Below are positions 1-14,500 of a DNA stretch of 64,000 nt, one piece after another. The translations under genes and the position numbers were made by a program. How positions within the stretch are numbered: position 1 is the first letter of the stretch; each line of letters starts with the position of its first letter. Below the pieces are notes generated by a model. It was not told where the DNA came from. It ran no database searches and was given only the letters and a program-made list of their open reading frames with translations. This DNA comes from Nageia nagi. Lineage: Eukaryota > Plantae > Pinophyta. The stretch spans positions 146,630,001-146,694,000 of the forward strand of contig JBITNC010000001.1 in NCBI GenBank assembly GCA_050084985.1, in the 5' to 3' direction.

Positions 1-415
1 TTCTAACAATGAAATTGATTTCATCCTTCATAACATGCAAAAAAAATTATTAGTACAAGAATATTCATAGAAAGAAGAATAAAATATAGTATTATAAAGC
101 AAAGCATATTTATCATGTCACCTTTAGGTTCACATCACCTTCATCTCCATACATGCACATAGTCTCAAGTCTTTGAACAACTTAATCCATCTCTTTGGCT
201 TGGAATCTAGTCATCCTTGTTTAAAATATTTTATCCAATACTTGATAGGATGGATGGATTTGAGGTACTTTAGTCCTCCTTCTTGTTCTTCTCACTTTAA
301 AGAAAATGTTAGATGACTCATTGTTGAATAAGAAACAATTTCTTTTATTTGGAACCTATTTGATAGACTTGTTGAAGGAGGAAATTAGGTTGCAAAAAAT
401 AAGAATTGGTGCTAT
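1..415 (-). mobile_element. Decayed Ty1/copia internal fragment, paralogous to 24977-25360
   Basis: Begins ttctaacaatgaaattgatttcatccttcataacatgcaa, nearly identical to 24977 onward, and stays colinear for ~400 bp; the paralog lies inside a recognisable copia remnant. Confidence 0.55.
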
Positions 416-3400
416 AATTATGTTTCAGATTTCTTTATTGTATGGTGTAAAGCACCCACTAGTATAAATCCAATGTGACATAAATTTGTGTAGGCATAAT
501 CCTCTACATCTATGTTCCTACATGAGTAACATATTTTAATAATGAAAAAAATAGATAATATTAAAAAATTTGTATATAAATATAATAAATATATATAATA
601 TATACACATCAATTTTAAATAATAAAATATATAATAGCAAACCATAAGTTTTGAACACAATATATAATATATTATATGTTATGAACACATTCATAATATA
701 TATAAGTTTTGAATCCTTCACAAACCAATAAGATTATCTTCACTTTATTTCATTCAATCAATAATATAATATGATGTGAGGAAATAACTATTGGTAACTC
801 AAATGTAACAATCTTTAATATTTTTCTTAATAATTATGTAATATATATGAAGAAAAAAATAGATTAATTTCAATATAACTTAATTTGAAATTTCTCCTAC
901 ATTATTATAACTACTACTTAGAGAACATGAGATGAGAGTATCATGAACTCTAAGTTAACAGTTTCACCACTATAATAATATGCCATTATTCATGCTATGT
1001 ACCACCACACATATGCCAAAAGCCACCTCATGTATGCCACACACAACCATATGCAGGCCTATCACATTACCTTCAACAAGATTTCAAAGCTAACTCACCT
1101 AGTTTTACTCAATTCAAAATAGATGCAATAATCTAGCTATATATTATAATAATAGATAATATATTACTCAAATCTAATAACATAAGTATGTTATTTTATT
1201 ATTCTACACTATTATCTAATTTATCCTAAAGTATCAATATTAAATATGTAATATATAATATAAATACTTAATACTAAATATTGAGGTTTATAATATAAAC
1301 TCAAAAAAACCAATATTCAAGAGATGAAGGAAGTAAATAGAACTATATTTCATCAAATAAACACAATGAAAAGAGGTCAATATATGAACTATATTACAAC
1401 CTATGATAGCTCAATAATGGAGAAAATGAAAAAAAAAACTGAAATGTACAACCTATGATAGCTCAATAATCATTCAATACAATAAAGATATTTTATAAGG
1501 ATTTAATGCTTGAAATTAAAGGAAGACATGAAAAGGTTTATGCCTAATGGCAAGACTACATCAATTAAAAATTATAAATAATGAATTATTTTTATATTTT
1601 TTAAATATCCACCATATATAATCAATTTATTTCTACAAGCAAAAAAATTTCAATGATATTAAGGATTATAAAATTATCAAGTTTATACACATTAAAAAAT
1701 TCAAAATGATTTCAAGTTTAAAGTGGATAGTTAGTAGAATTTTCTTTAAATAATGTTATTGGTATGGACTAATTTAATTATAAATTTTTGTATATATTAT
1801 TATATGTTATGATCAAATGAAAATCAATTCTAGAAAAATATGCATTATTAATTGCTTGATATGCTTTCTTGAAATTTAAATTTATAGGTCTTATCTAATT
1901 TTTGTATTATTATGTACCAATATATATTTATTTATTTATATAGGATATAGGCAATATGATATGTACTATATTATGTATAGGGTATATAGAACAATAGCTT
2001 CTTAACATCCATATTAATCCCACCACAAGCAACCTTATTTAGAAACTAAATTGAAATATAATAGAGTATTAGTATTTTTTATTAGTGTGATAACCATTAT
2101 CCATCCATGTAATGAAATATGAATAATTATGTGCCCTGCTTACTGATATTTATTTTTTCAATGATGGATTTACCTAATCTATAATCATAATTCAAATACA
2201 AAAATCCCAAGGACTTTCATACTCTAAAACTATTCTTATTTAGCTTATCATTTTTTATATTCTATTTAGAAAGAGAATATCCTAGGTATATATAACTTTC
2301 AAATAATGTTGGAATCAATAGGATAAAATATTTCCACTTATCATATTTCTTCATGTATATTATGAGTTAAAAAGAATATTAGATTTGAATAACTTGGAAA
2401 TAAAGTATACATCAACAAGATACATGAAGAAATTGATGACAAACTTGTCTAGAAGCATTGTGTGAAATTGCATCACCCAAGAGCTTAATCAATTGTACCA
2501 AACAAAATCTAAAAAATATGTACCTTTAGATGGTAATTAAGCATCCATACATCCTTGAGAAGGTAAATTTAAATTAGGTGATATATTATAACAAATCCAT
2601 TATTTGTAGAGATAAAATGAGCTAGCGTGATATCATGTACATAAATAATTTATATAAAGCTCGCATGGGTTATCCATATAACTCAAGTAATATTAAACCA
2701 CTTAATCTACAATATGTGAAGCCTAAAAAATGTTGGAATAAAATATAACTTTTAACATTAATATCCATAAATATAAAAAGAAGGATCTGATGGTTTCTTC
2801 TTCAAATAAAGAAAAGAAATAGAAATAAAGTTGAGGGTTCAAATATCTAATGAAAGCAATATCATACAAGATGCCACTTAAAAAAAATGAAATGGTTGTA
2901 ATCTAGTAATAAAGAAAAATAAGACCCAAGGAATTCTCAAGACAACATCATACTATTTAGAAGCTATAAAGAAGATGAATAAAAGTTATTTAGCTTTGTA
3001 TATATGGATTATCCATAGGAACAAAAAGACTTAAGTATGAAATTGATTATTATTTCATTAGTATATTGGATTTAATATCTACAAAATAAGTTATACTAAC
3101 TTCTTATACAAATTTAAAATCATAAATATGAATGCTTTTGATATAAGTGAGTTAGGTGAAATATTATACAAATGAGTTGATACTTGAAAAGTCCTACGAT
3201 ATAATTTGAGAAAAAAAAATTTCTCCTTTTGTTTATGCATTCTTATATAGGTCTCTTATTAGCAGTTTGACGTATCTTATAGCTAATAGGTCTATCATTA
3301 TATTTGTAGCCAAAGCATTTTCCTCTATGTGATTTACATAAGTTTTTTAGTTTAATATATAAAGGTATTGATTCTAATGTTCTTGAATTATAGTCATATT

Positions 3401-3550
3401 CCAATTAGGAAGGAAGCATCAATGATAGGAAATCACATCAAGAAATGTCTTATTCTTTGGTTAATATACAATTTTATAATGCAATAACAAGTAATGTATA
3501 ATTTCTTTATCCATTAATGAGGTAGAATATATGATTTTATCCTCTTCTTA

Positions 3551-3574
3551 CACACACACACACACAAAGATATA

Positions 3575-3622
<48 letters not shown>
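3551..3622. repeat. Compound microsatellite (CA)n-(TA)n-(GA)n
   Basis: Directly visible: about (CA)8, then a TA run, then a GA run. Confidence 0.95.
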
Positions 3623-3623
<1 letters not shown>

Positions 3624-3799
3624 CATACATTCATATATACATATTTTAAAAAATTTAGAGGGAACTAAGAATCACTTTTGAAAATTTAGAGTTATTATCT
3701 ATTATGATTTAACTCTATTAAGTTTGAAAAATCAATAATTTATTAGTATTTTTATTTTAATTTATAAAATGTATCATAATTCCTTACAAAGATGATGCA

Positions 3800-4665
3800 C
3801 CTCTTTTAATAAATGAGACATTTCTTTAGACATACCTCAAAATATAATTTTTCATGGTATATCTAACTATTGATACTAGATAAAAAAAAATTCATACATA
3901 CATGGTCATTTGCACATTCCTCATGGACCCATATGAAAAAGATGGATTCATTCGTTAATTCCCATGTTCTTTACCTTCATACTATTCAAAGAATGATTTT
4001 CAAAGAAAAATAATTATATGTATAAGCTACATATTTATTCTCATCATGATAAAGAATCACTAATCTTAAATGACAATTTATGTTTCATGATGTCCTTAAT
4101 ATTTTCCACATGTAAATCAATACATCAAATATGAAAAGTTAATATGCTAATGTAATTTATACTATAGACACCAATTTTCTATATAATTTTTATAAAAAAG
4201 ATGTCGAATGGTTAAGGCCTAGGGATGTCTATACACAAATTTACTCGCATTCAACCTATCTTTTCACATATGTTATGTATGATAGAAGATCAAAGATATA
4301 GATATTTTACAAATAAAGTACACATCAATATGATAAGGGTATTTACACTTAGCCTATCTCTTCCTATATATCATGAGTCAAAGAGAATCCCATGTGTAAA
4401 GAATATGAAAAATGTATATGTCAGCAAGACATAATAATCCTTTTGTTATATTTCTAGACTAGCTAAAGATGAAAAATATATCACATACCTATTTGAAATC
4501 TATGTGGGAAGGCTATTCTTGATAAAAAAGTTGACCATTCATACTAGATAGAATCTCCCACACACAAATAAACAAAAAACTATCAAGCATCAAAATAAGT
4601 ACAAGGATAAGAACTTATGTTATTTCCAAGGGGCAAAGGTATTCACACATATTTGAGGAGGTGAA
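3800..4665 (+). mobile_element. Highly decayed copia RT/RNaseH-like remnant inside the monomer
   Basis: Faint motifs in the expected order: tttcatggt (FLHG-like), cctcatgga (P.G), tatgtttcatgatgtcctta (YVDDIL-like), ending in a PPT-like ttgaggaggtg. No open frame survives. Confidence 0.3.
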
Positions 4666-5529
4666 TTATGAAAAGGAGGAATAGAATATAAAGAAATCAT
4701 ATTTACAACTAACAAGAGCTTAGTTCATATTATATATGTAAAGAATTGATATGAATATAGTATGCAATGACCTCAAAGTTGAAGTCATGTTAAGATGCTA
4801 AATAACCTTTAGAAACTTTTTTTTATACAAAAGTAAAACATAAATATATGCAATACATATTTATGATTTACATATTTTGATGAAAATAATAATTTGAATA
4901 ATTAGATGTTATTCATTACATACATAAATTTATTAAAAGTTAGAATATCATGTATATATTTAAATTTGTATCAGGATCATATAATTATAGTTTTTAATTA
5001 ACAATATGCATATCTAAAATCTTTCCAACAAAAATAAAAAATAACAATATACGTATAAAAATTAGAAAATATTTTGAACTTATTAACCATTGATTGTATA
5101 TATTTACAAAAACTAAATATATAACTTATACAAATACTTTTGTATATTTAAAGATAACAAATAAATACCAAAACAGAAGAATTGATATAAATTTAGTTAT
5201 TTTATCTAATAAACAAATTCACATAATCATAAATTTTGCATGAATATTGTAACATAATCTATGAAAAATATCACGGGTAAAAAACTGATTACTCAAAACA
5301 TAAAAATATTTAAACTACATCTAAAACTCAAAAACAAAAAATTTGAAATTTCCAAATAAAATAACCTACACATTAACTTTTCAAAACCATGCATGAAACT
5401 ATGATGTATGTGGACTATGGTCCAAGAAAAGGCGTTCATAATCGTTCATAAGATCCTCAATAAGTTATGTTAATTTTCTGTTTCGTATCAAGGTTTTTGA
5501 AGTTTCTTTTTCTTTTTTTTTTTTTACAG

Positions 5530-6010
5530 TTTGAGGATATGGAAGAGCTTGGAACGGCGGCCATGGGAAAAGGATACATAATGGTATGAAAGGAATAGTT
5601 TACCCGGGTGAGGTTCTTGCCTTGTTAGGATCATAGGGCATTGGGAAGACCATGCTGCTTTTCATGTTGGAAGGGCAGTTACAAGGTTCCGGGTTCGATA
5701 CTCTATATCGAACAAGATGAAGCGCAAGGTCAACTTCGTGATGAAAGATGATATTATCTACCCTCATTTAACTGTTAGGACACCTTAGTATACATTGTGC
5801 TGCTTAAAATGCCTCGGGGAATGTCAACACAGGACAAATGAGCCCATTTGGAGAGTATTATTTCTTACCTTCCGTTGAAGAGATGTAGAAATATGATCAT
5901 GTATCGGGCATGAGATGATGAGGAATCCACCTTCCATTTGGATGAGTCCACCTTGGGCGTCGACTCCTCACTACCCTGTGCATAACATTTACGCTGGAGA
6001 ACTTCGCGTG
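5530..6010 (+). pseudogene. ABCG half-transporter (ABCG9/14/21/25-like) NBD pseudo-exon, copy 1
   Basis: After a polyT-cag acceptor the manual translation reads FED..., NGMKGIVYPGEVLALLGS*GIGKTMLL (Walker A with stop), KMKRKVNFVMKDDIIYPHLTVR, DK*AHLESIIS, LKRCRNMI, IGHEMMRNP, LDESTLGVDS (Walker B/D-loop). Stops and frameshifts are present and the ABC signature is deleted. Confidence 0.88.
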
Positions 6011-6269
6011 CAAAATCTTCAGACACCCCAACTACCTTTAATCGCCATTCTATACAGGAGCTGGAAGCTAAGGTTGTTGCAATGTAAAATCTAAAAAAAT
6101 TATTATGTACACCCACTACCTACATATGTCCTTTACATCTGCCTTCACTTGCTATCCAAAGTGAGTATATTGAATCTAAACACTATTGAAATTCAAAGAA
6201 TGATTTGCTATTGACAGTTTTCATACTTTAAATTTTGAGACACTAAAATCTTAAGGAATTAAAAAGTTA

Positions 6270-6540
6270 TAAATTACACAAAAACAAACTGTTCAGTATT
6301 ACACTAAGTTGCGCAGCCAATAAACATGAAAATACCTTAAAAGAATTTGCTTTCATATTCAGAGACAGCCACGGGATTCTTGTCTGATGATGTGCAAGAT
6401 ATATGCAATAAATATGCAGTCACATTTTTCTTCCCAGCGTAGCAGCTTTACTATGAAACGGATATTTCAAACGCAAGACACTTTCTAGCAGGCATGGTAG
6501 GCAGAACTATCAAAGGATCACTTTCCTAGCAACTCTATCC
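6270..6540 (-). pseudogene. Convergent deleted gene fragment (possibly F-box-derived), copy 1
   Basis: Homologous to 55413-55733 and 37905-38490, with an extra ~50 bp deletion and a frameshift. Identity is inferred only from the longer copy at 37981-38400. Confidence 0.3.
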
Positions 6541-6644
6541 TCAAAATCACAAAAACAAAGAAAGCGAAAAAGGAAAGAAAGTGATTAGTTAGAAAGCATG
6601 AATTAGAAGGCACATTCTAACTGGAAAACCCTTCATTATATTGT

Positions 6645-6900
6645 TCGATCTACAGCGGACAGATTTTCTAAAACGACTCGTCTCCTCTGATCGCCAACGG
6701 ATGGATTTTTGGAGTCTCCAACCGACAGAATTTTCAAAACTTTTTATATTCTCCAATTTCCAACGGCTATGAATATGGTTCATTCCATTCCACAGAATCC
6801 GCTGCAAGTATTTAAAAAGCTGTTGAGATATATCCACCGTTTTAGATGCCAAATACCATGGCGGGCACCTTACATAACGTGTTTGACACGTCTGTCATCT
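6645..6900. promoter_or_regulatory. Cluster of MSA-like AACGG elements with ABRE-like and E2F-like motifs, copy 1
   Basis: TCCAACGGCTA at 6759-6769 fits the MSA consensus YCYAACGGYY. Also gccaacggat (6693), ctccaaccgac (6716), ccgtttt (~6837), tggcgggc (~6859) and gacacgtc (~6885; ACGTGTC on the - strand). Confidence 0.55.
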
Positions 6901-8845
6901 AGTTCTCTTAAACCTTCTTTTAATTTTTGTTTTGTAATAAAATTTTTAAAATTAATTTATTTCAAGGTTCTAATAAAAAGTTATACCAACACTTAATTAT
7001 TAATTATAATTAATTTTTAAAATACATAACATTTATATTCTTTATATATATTTTACTTTTAATAGTCTTGAATAGCTATATTAGCAATATGTATATATTG
7101 TAAAATTTTCTTACATTATTAATTTTTTACAAATACATAGAATTTGATTAAATGATTAATATTTTAAAAAAAGATATCAATATATTAAAGTTTTTTTTTT
7201 TTTTTTTGTTGCAAGAACTCAATATAAAAAGAGTTATTCTTCTATCTATTTCCATTGTCCAGTTGGTATAAATAATTATTATTTCATATGGGCTTTTTTA
7301 ATATATAATACTCAAATAGTGGATTTTAAAAGGGTCCCAAAAAACTTTTTATAACTCTATAATTATTTAATATATAGAATTTTATAATTATCCAATGATA
7401 TAGCCTATGAGAGATGAATCTCCAAATGAATAACAAGACAAGGCTACAAAAAGTATTTGAAGTCCACATCCCACCTAAACACATTAAAAGAAAAAAAGTC
7501 TTTGAAGATCAATTATTGCTTAGAGAATGATCTCTCAATCATAAAAAAAGTGTATTAGGAGTAGCTAAGATTTTATAATCAAACTAAAAAGAGGATTTGA
7601 ACCCAATTCTCTAATAGATACTTTTATCACCACACCAATAAACCATTCAACTATAAAGTAGGGGAATCTCTTATAACTTAGTGGTGTATAAGATTATTTC
7701 TACACTTTACATTTTTACCACCTTAAAATATGTATCCATATGTTAAGAAATGTTTGCTAGGTTTTCCAATGAGGTTAAGATAAAGCCTCATTTACCAAGT
7801 CCAATTATGGGATAACATGATAAAAGGTTGAGCTAATATGGGATTCATAATTCAAACCATAACAAAATCAAATTATGTACAATCAATGTCATTCTATCAA
7901 TATCTCCATCATTCTAGGCTTGCAAGCCCCCCACTATTATAGATATCTATTGTACCCATAGGATTTAATGAGCTACAGATGAAGGATAGTCAATATCCAT
8001 TGAAACCAATTTTATTTCTATTGATCCTTTGAATATTAACTTCCTTGGCTAGATCCTAAATCTCACCATTAAGGTGGAATTCAAATGACTTTTCTAATGG
8101 AATTCAAGTGATCAGGTGTCACTTCCCTTATTGGTATGGTGTATGCCCCCACCTAGGTTATACCCTTATGTGACCTAAGTTGTGTAAGGAATAGGCCTCA
8201 AAGACTATGTTATTACACGATCTACATACTTTTTAATAAAAAATATATAATATTCAAAAAAATTGTGTGTATATATATATATCACATCAAACTAAAATAA
8301 TAAAATTATTGAAATTAAAAATAAATAATCGTATGTTTTTTCATTAAAATAAACAATTCATTACAAAAATTATAGAAATTGAAGGAGAATAGATTTAGGA
8401 TTTATCTTACCTTGTTACTCTTCCTCCTAGATTTTTGCTTCACTTAGCCAATCATAGGCTTTTATAGCAATTAAAGGTGCAAAAAGAAAAATAATAATAT
8501 TATAGAAGTAATATTACATCAATAGATAAAGATAATAAGATAAATCCCTACTTTTTAATAAAAGAATCATAACAAACCATAACTTTTGAACACAATATAT
8601 AATATAGTATAATTTTTGAACACATTCACAATGTATACAAGTTTCTTATAATAATAATTTTTGTAATGGTAGAAAACTAATATTAGAATAATATTCTTAA
8701 CAATTATGCAATCTAAATGAAAAGAAGAATGGATTAGTTTCCAATATAACTTAATTAGAAATTTCTCCTACATTATTCTACATTGTTAACTTAATGGTAG
8801 TGTCTCATGAACTCTAAGTTAACAATTTTACCACTAAAAGTGCTT

Positions 8846-10375
8846 CCATAGAAATGACATGTTTCCATAGGTATTGATTTAAAAATATACTTATATGTTA
8901 ATTCTATCCATCAATAAAAAATAATTTTGTAGCATACATCCCTACTATTTGGCGCACTTCTCACAAGCCTTTATGTGAAATTAGGACCCATTCAAATATT
9001 CCTATACTCCTCAAATTCATATTATACATAGAAGCATGTTAAGAGAGAAATAAATATATTCCTAAATTATTTTTTTCTTCCTCTAAAAATTTTATATAAT
9101 TTTTTAATCAAAATCATTATAATAAAATGGTGGTGCTCTAGATACATGCTTTAAATAGACATAATATTACTAATAAAAGAGTTTACAAAGAATTCATATT
9201 TTCTAAAATCATTGATGAAAGAAAGAAATTATATTAATATCCTTGGGTGACCAAAAGATGTCAATTGGACTAGCATGTGCATTCCTATAGAAAAATCCAT
9301 CTAAACCCTAAAATAGGCCCCATATAATGAAAGCGAAAATAAATGATCTATATCAAAATTTCTAGATTAAAGATCCCCACGCTAGTGGGAGGGAAGGGGC
9401 ACAAAAATCTAAAACATACATAAAGAAGTTATCCTAAGCCTGTTTGGGAGGGGAGTGTTACAACATTCTCTGGTTCAAGGGGGGCTCATGTTGGTACATG
9501 GGTGATGTTCCTAAGGAGATGCTAGGTTGAAAGGAAGAAGTGATCAAACATGCTTTGAAGTCATCTCCTGGTTTGATATAGTGGCTATGGATGTTCCTCT
9601 TAGCATCTCCTATGGGCTCCCTACAGGGAGGAGGCATGGAAGAAGGATGTAATGAGTTTCATCAATAAACATATCATACAAATGAAAATTTCCTATAACT
9701 AAGTAATATATTTAGATTTTCAAATTAATATACTTCATTCCTTACCTATTTTCTCGACTATATCAAGCTTTTAACATCAAATCTTGTACCTGATAATTAT
9801 TTCAATTCTAATAAACCCATTAAAAATGCCTCAAAAATTGCTAAAACCTTCCACAGAAATGACATGTGTCTACATATCTTCATTTAAAAATAATCTTGTA
9901 TGTTAATTCTAATTATGAATATAAAATAAATGCTTAGCACAAATCCTTACTCCTTGGCACACTTATTACAAGCATATGTGTGAAACGAGGACCTATTCAA
10001 ACATCCCTATACTCCTCAAATTCATATTGTATAGAGAAGGATGTTAATAGAGAAATAAATATGTTCCCAACTTATATTTCTCTTCCTATAAAACTTCCTT
10101 ATAATATTTTAATCAAAATCCAATAAAATGATGGTGCTCTAGATAATGCTTTAAATAGGCTTAAGATTACTAATAAAAGAGTCTTAAAATATTAAGTAAC
10201 ATACATAAAATTCATATTTTCTAAAATCATGGATGAGGATCATCAATCAACAAATCAGGTAAATACAAATTTCCTATAACTAATTGCTAAATTTAAATTT
10301 TCAAATTAATCTACTTCATTCCTTACCTTTTTTTCTCCACTATATCAAGCCTTTAACATCAAAACTTGTACATGA
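8846..10375 (+). repeat. Local diverged tandem duplication between monomers
   Basis: 8846-9220 matches 9851-10235 and 9660-9795 matches 10240-10375. Confidence 0.8.
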
Positions 10376-10644
10376 TTTGGGAAGAGTATGTAGATTTAGT
10401 ATTGTATAAACTAATATATTTGGTGTTGAAGTTTATCTTATTTACTAATAATTCATGTTATGGAAATACCCTTCTGAGTTATTTGTACTACAATGATACC
10501 ATTTATACAAGGTTAAACATGTGAGTAATAAATAAAATCTATTTAATAAATTTGGGCTAGCATTTTATGAAATATTGGATATATACATAGGTATTATATT
10601 AGTATTTTGTAAAGATTGATATTTTTAGGAGAAGGTAAAGTCAT

Positions 10645-11580
10645 GGATATTTTATAAGGATTTAATGCTTGAAAATAAAAGAAGACATGTAAAGGTTTAT
10701 GCCTAATGGAAATACTATTTCAATTTAAAAATAATAATAACTTATTTTTTCATTTTTAAAATATCCACCATATATAATCAATTTTATTCTACAAGAAAAT
10801 AATTGTAATCATATTAAGTATTACACAATTATCAATTTTATACACAAATAAAAAACTTGAAATGGTTTCAAGTTTAAACTATATAGTTACTAGAGATTTT
10901 CTTTAAAAGATATTTTTGGTTTGGCCTAATTTAATTATATTTTTTTGTATATGTTATTATATATCATGGTCAAATAAAAATCAATTATAGAAAAATTGCA
11001 TTACTAATTACATAATATGCTTTCTTGAAATTTAAATGTATAGGTCCTATCTTTTTTGGTGTATTATTATGTACCAAATATATTCATTTATTTTATATAA
11101 GATATAGGAAATATGATACGCACTATATTAAAGCCTCCTATTTCATTATATATAGAAATAGCTTCTAAACATCCATATTAATCCCACCACATGTGATCTA
11201 ATTTAGAAAGTAAAATGAAATATAATGGAATATTAATGTGATAACCATTATCCTTGCATCTAATAAAATATGATTAATTATGTACCATCCTAGCTAATAT
11301 TTATTTTTTCTATGTGGGGTTTATTAAATCTATAATCATAATTCAAATACAAAAATCCTAAGGACTTTCATACACTAAACCTATTCTTGTTTAGCCTATT
11401 GTTTATTATATTCTATTTTGAAAGAGAAGATCCTACATATATGTAACTTTTAAATAATGTATGAATCAATAGGATAAGAATATTTCTACTTATCATATTT
11501 CTTCTTCATGTATATTATTAATTAAAAAGAATATCAAATTTGAAGAACTCAAAAATGAAGTATACATCAACAACATACTT
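10645..11580 (+). repeat. Partial, more diverged monomer fragment (equivalent to ~1487-2425)
   Basis: gatatttttataaggatttaatgcttgaaa... is colinear with 1487-2425 and 12216-13170. Confidence 0.85.
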
Positions 11581-14500
11581 AATTTCAAATTTCTACTACA
11601 TTATTATAACTACTACTTAGAGAGCATGAGATGAGTGTATCATGAACTTTAAGTTAACAATTTCACCATTATAATAATATACCATTTTTCATGCTATGTA
11701 CCACCACATATATGCAAAAAGCCACCTTGGGTATGCCACACAAAACCATATGTAGGCCTATCACATTACCATCAACAAGACTTTCAAAGCTAACACACCT
11801 AGTTGTACTCAATTCAAAATAGATGCAATAATGTAGCTAATATAATAAATAATATATTACTCAACATATAATAACATAAGTATGTCTATTTTATTATTCT
11901 ACACTATTATTTATTATATCCTAAAGTATCAATATTAAATATGTAATATATAATATAAATACTTAATACTAAATATTGAGGTTTATAATATAAACTCAAA
12001 CAAAATCAATATTCAAGGGATGAAGAAAGTAAATAGAACTATCTTTCATCAAATCAACACCAATAATAGAGGTGAATATACGAAATGTATTACCTAAAAT
12101 AAAAATATTACAAGTAATGGCAATACAATTTAAATTGTGATACAATGATGGAGAAAATAAAAAATAACTTAAACGTACAACACATGACAACTCAATATTA
12201 ATTCAATACAATAAGGATATTTTATAAGGATTTAATGCTTCAAATTAAAAGAATACATGAAAAGATTTATGCCTAATGGCAAGACTAATTCAATCTAAAA
12301 AAATTGAAAATTATAAATAATGAATTATTTTTTATTTTTAAAATATCCACCATATATAATCAATTTGCTTCTACAAGAAAAAAAATTGCAATCATATGAA
12401 GGATTATAAAATTATCAAGTTTATACACATATAAAAAATTCAAAATGGTTTAAAGTTTAAAGTGGATACTTACTAGAGATTTTCTTTTAATAATGTTAAT
12501 GGTTTGGCCCAATTTAATTATAAATTTTTTATATATTATTTTATATTATGATAAAATGAAAATCAATTTTAGAAAAATATGCATTATTAATTGCTTGATA
12601 TAATTTCTTGAAATTTAAATTGACACATCTTATCTAATTTGTGGTATTGTTATTTACCAATATATTTATTTATTTTATATAGGATATAGGTAATATGATA
12701 TGCACTATATTATGTATAGGGTATATATAGCAATGGGTTCTTAACATCCATATTAATCCCACCACAAGAAACCTTATTTAGAAAGTAAAATAAAATATAA
12801 TAGAATATTAGTATTTTTTATTAGTGTGAGAACCATTATCCTTCCATCTTATAAAATATGAATAATTATGTGCCTGGCTTACTTACTAATATTTATTTTT
12901 TCTATGTGGGGTTTATTAAATCTATAATCATAATTCAAATACAGAAATCCCAAGGAATTTCATACTCTAAGACTATTCTTGTTTAGCCTATCATTTTTTA
13001 TATTCTATTTAGAAAGAGAATATCCTAGGTATATATAAATTTTAAATAACGTTGGAGTCAATAGGATAGGAATATATCTACTTATCATATTTCTTCATGT
13101 ATATTATGAGTTAAAAAGAATATTACATTTGAATAACTTGAAAATAAAGTGTACATAAACAAGATACATTATTCTCCATGCAATATTAGCGAAATAGATA
13201 ATGATGAAGAAATTGATCACAAACATGTCTAGAAGCATTGTGTGAAATTGCTCATCACCCAAGAGCTTAATCAATTGTACCAAACAAAATATAAAAAATA
13301 TGTACCTTAAAATGGTAATTAAGCATTCATACATCCTTGAGAAGGTAAATTTATATTAGTTGATATAGTATAACAAATCCATTATATGTAGAGATAACAT
13401 GTACTAGCATGATATCATGTATGTAAATAATTTATATAAAGTTAACATGGGTTATCCATATAACAAAAGTAATATTAAACCACTTAATCTAAAATATGTG
13501 AAGCCTAAAAAATGTTGGAGTAAAATATAACTTATAACATTAATATCCATGAGTATAAAAAGAATTATCTTATGGTTTCTTCTTCAAATAAAGGAAAGAA
13601 AAATAAATAAAGTTGAGGGTTGAAATAAAAAGTCAAAGAAGAACTAGTGAAAGCAATATCATACAAGATGCCAATTAAGAAAATTGAAAAGGTTGTAATC
13701 TAGTAATAAAGAAAAATAAGACCCAAGGACTTCTCAAGAGAACATCATACTATTTAAAAGCTATAAACAAGATGAATAAGAGTTATTTAGCTTTCTATAT
13801 ATGGATTATCCATAGAAACAAAAAGACTTAAGTATGAAATTGATTATCATTACATCTATATATTGGATGTAATATTTGAATAATAAGTTCTACTAACTTC
13901 TTACACAAATTTAAATTCATAATTATGAATGCATTTGATATGAGTGAGCTAGGTGACATATTATACAAATGAGTTGATACTTGAAAAGTTGTAGGTTGTA
14001 ATTTGAGTAAAGAATTCTTCTCCTTTTATTTATGCATTCTTGTATAAGTCTCTTATTAGTAGTTTGATGTATCTTATAGCTAAGAGGTTTATCACTATAT
14101 TTGAAGCCAAATCATTTTTTCTCTATGTGATTTGCATATGTTTTTTTAGTTTATGATATAAAGGTATTGATTCTAATGTTCTTGAATTATAGTTATATTC
14201 CAATTAGGAAGGAAGCATCAATGATAGGTAATCACATCTAGAAATGTCTTATTCTTTGGTTAATCTACAATTTTATAATGCAACAAGAAGTAATGTATAA
14301 TTTCTTTATCCATTACTAAGGTGTATATATATATTTGTTAAAATTTTAGAGGGAACTAAGAATTACTTTTAAAAATTTAGAAATATTATCTATTAGGAGT
14401 TAACTCTATTAAGTTTGAAAAATCAATAATTTACTAGTATTTTTATTTTAATTTATAAAATGTATCATAATTCCTTACAAAGATAATGCACCTATTTTTA

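Larger units (their letters stand above)
888..8760 (+). repeat. Amplicon monomer copy 1 (~7.9 kb)
   Basis: Boundary motif gaaatttctcctacattat at ~888 and ~8759; the interior aligns by eye with 11581-22700 (direct) and 53092-60775 (inverted). Confidence 0.9.

Noticed and set aside
6589-6852. Recurrent ORF family (…KHIHSRWKLENIKSFENS…RWRSEE…) at 6589, 21471, 55070, 62500, 62657
   Set aside because: Starts, stops, frames and strands differ between copies; these are chance frames over the CCGTTG module cluster.
7400-8200. LINE-like RT remnant within the monomer (gggggcttgg, GGLG-like on the - strand)
   Set aside because: Too decayed, and the motif order is not convincingly that of a LINE.
888-8760. 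Monomer as a Helitron or Pack-MULE carrying captured gene fragments
   Set aside because: I found no TIRs, TSDs or 3' hairpin-CTRR end, and duplication boundaries differ between events, which favours segmental duplication. Not fully excluded without a computational search.
9301-9310. Telomere repeat or telomerase-RNA template (ctaaacccta)
   Set aside because: Single occurrence, no array, and no recognisable upstream USE/TATA Pol III promoter.
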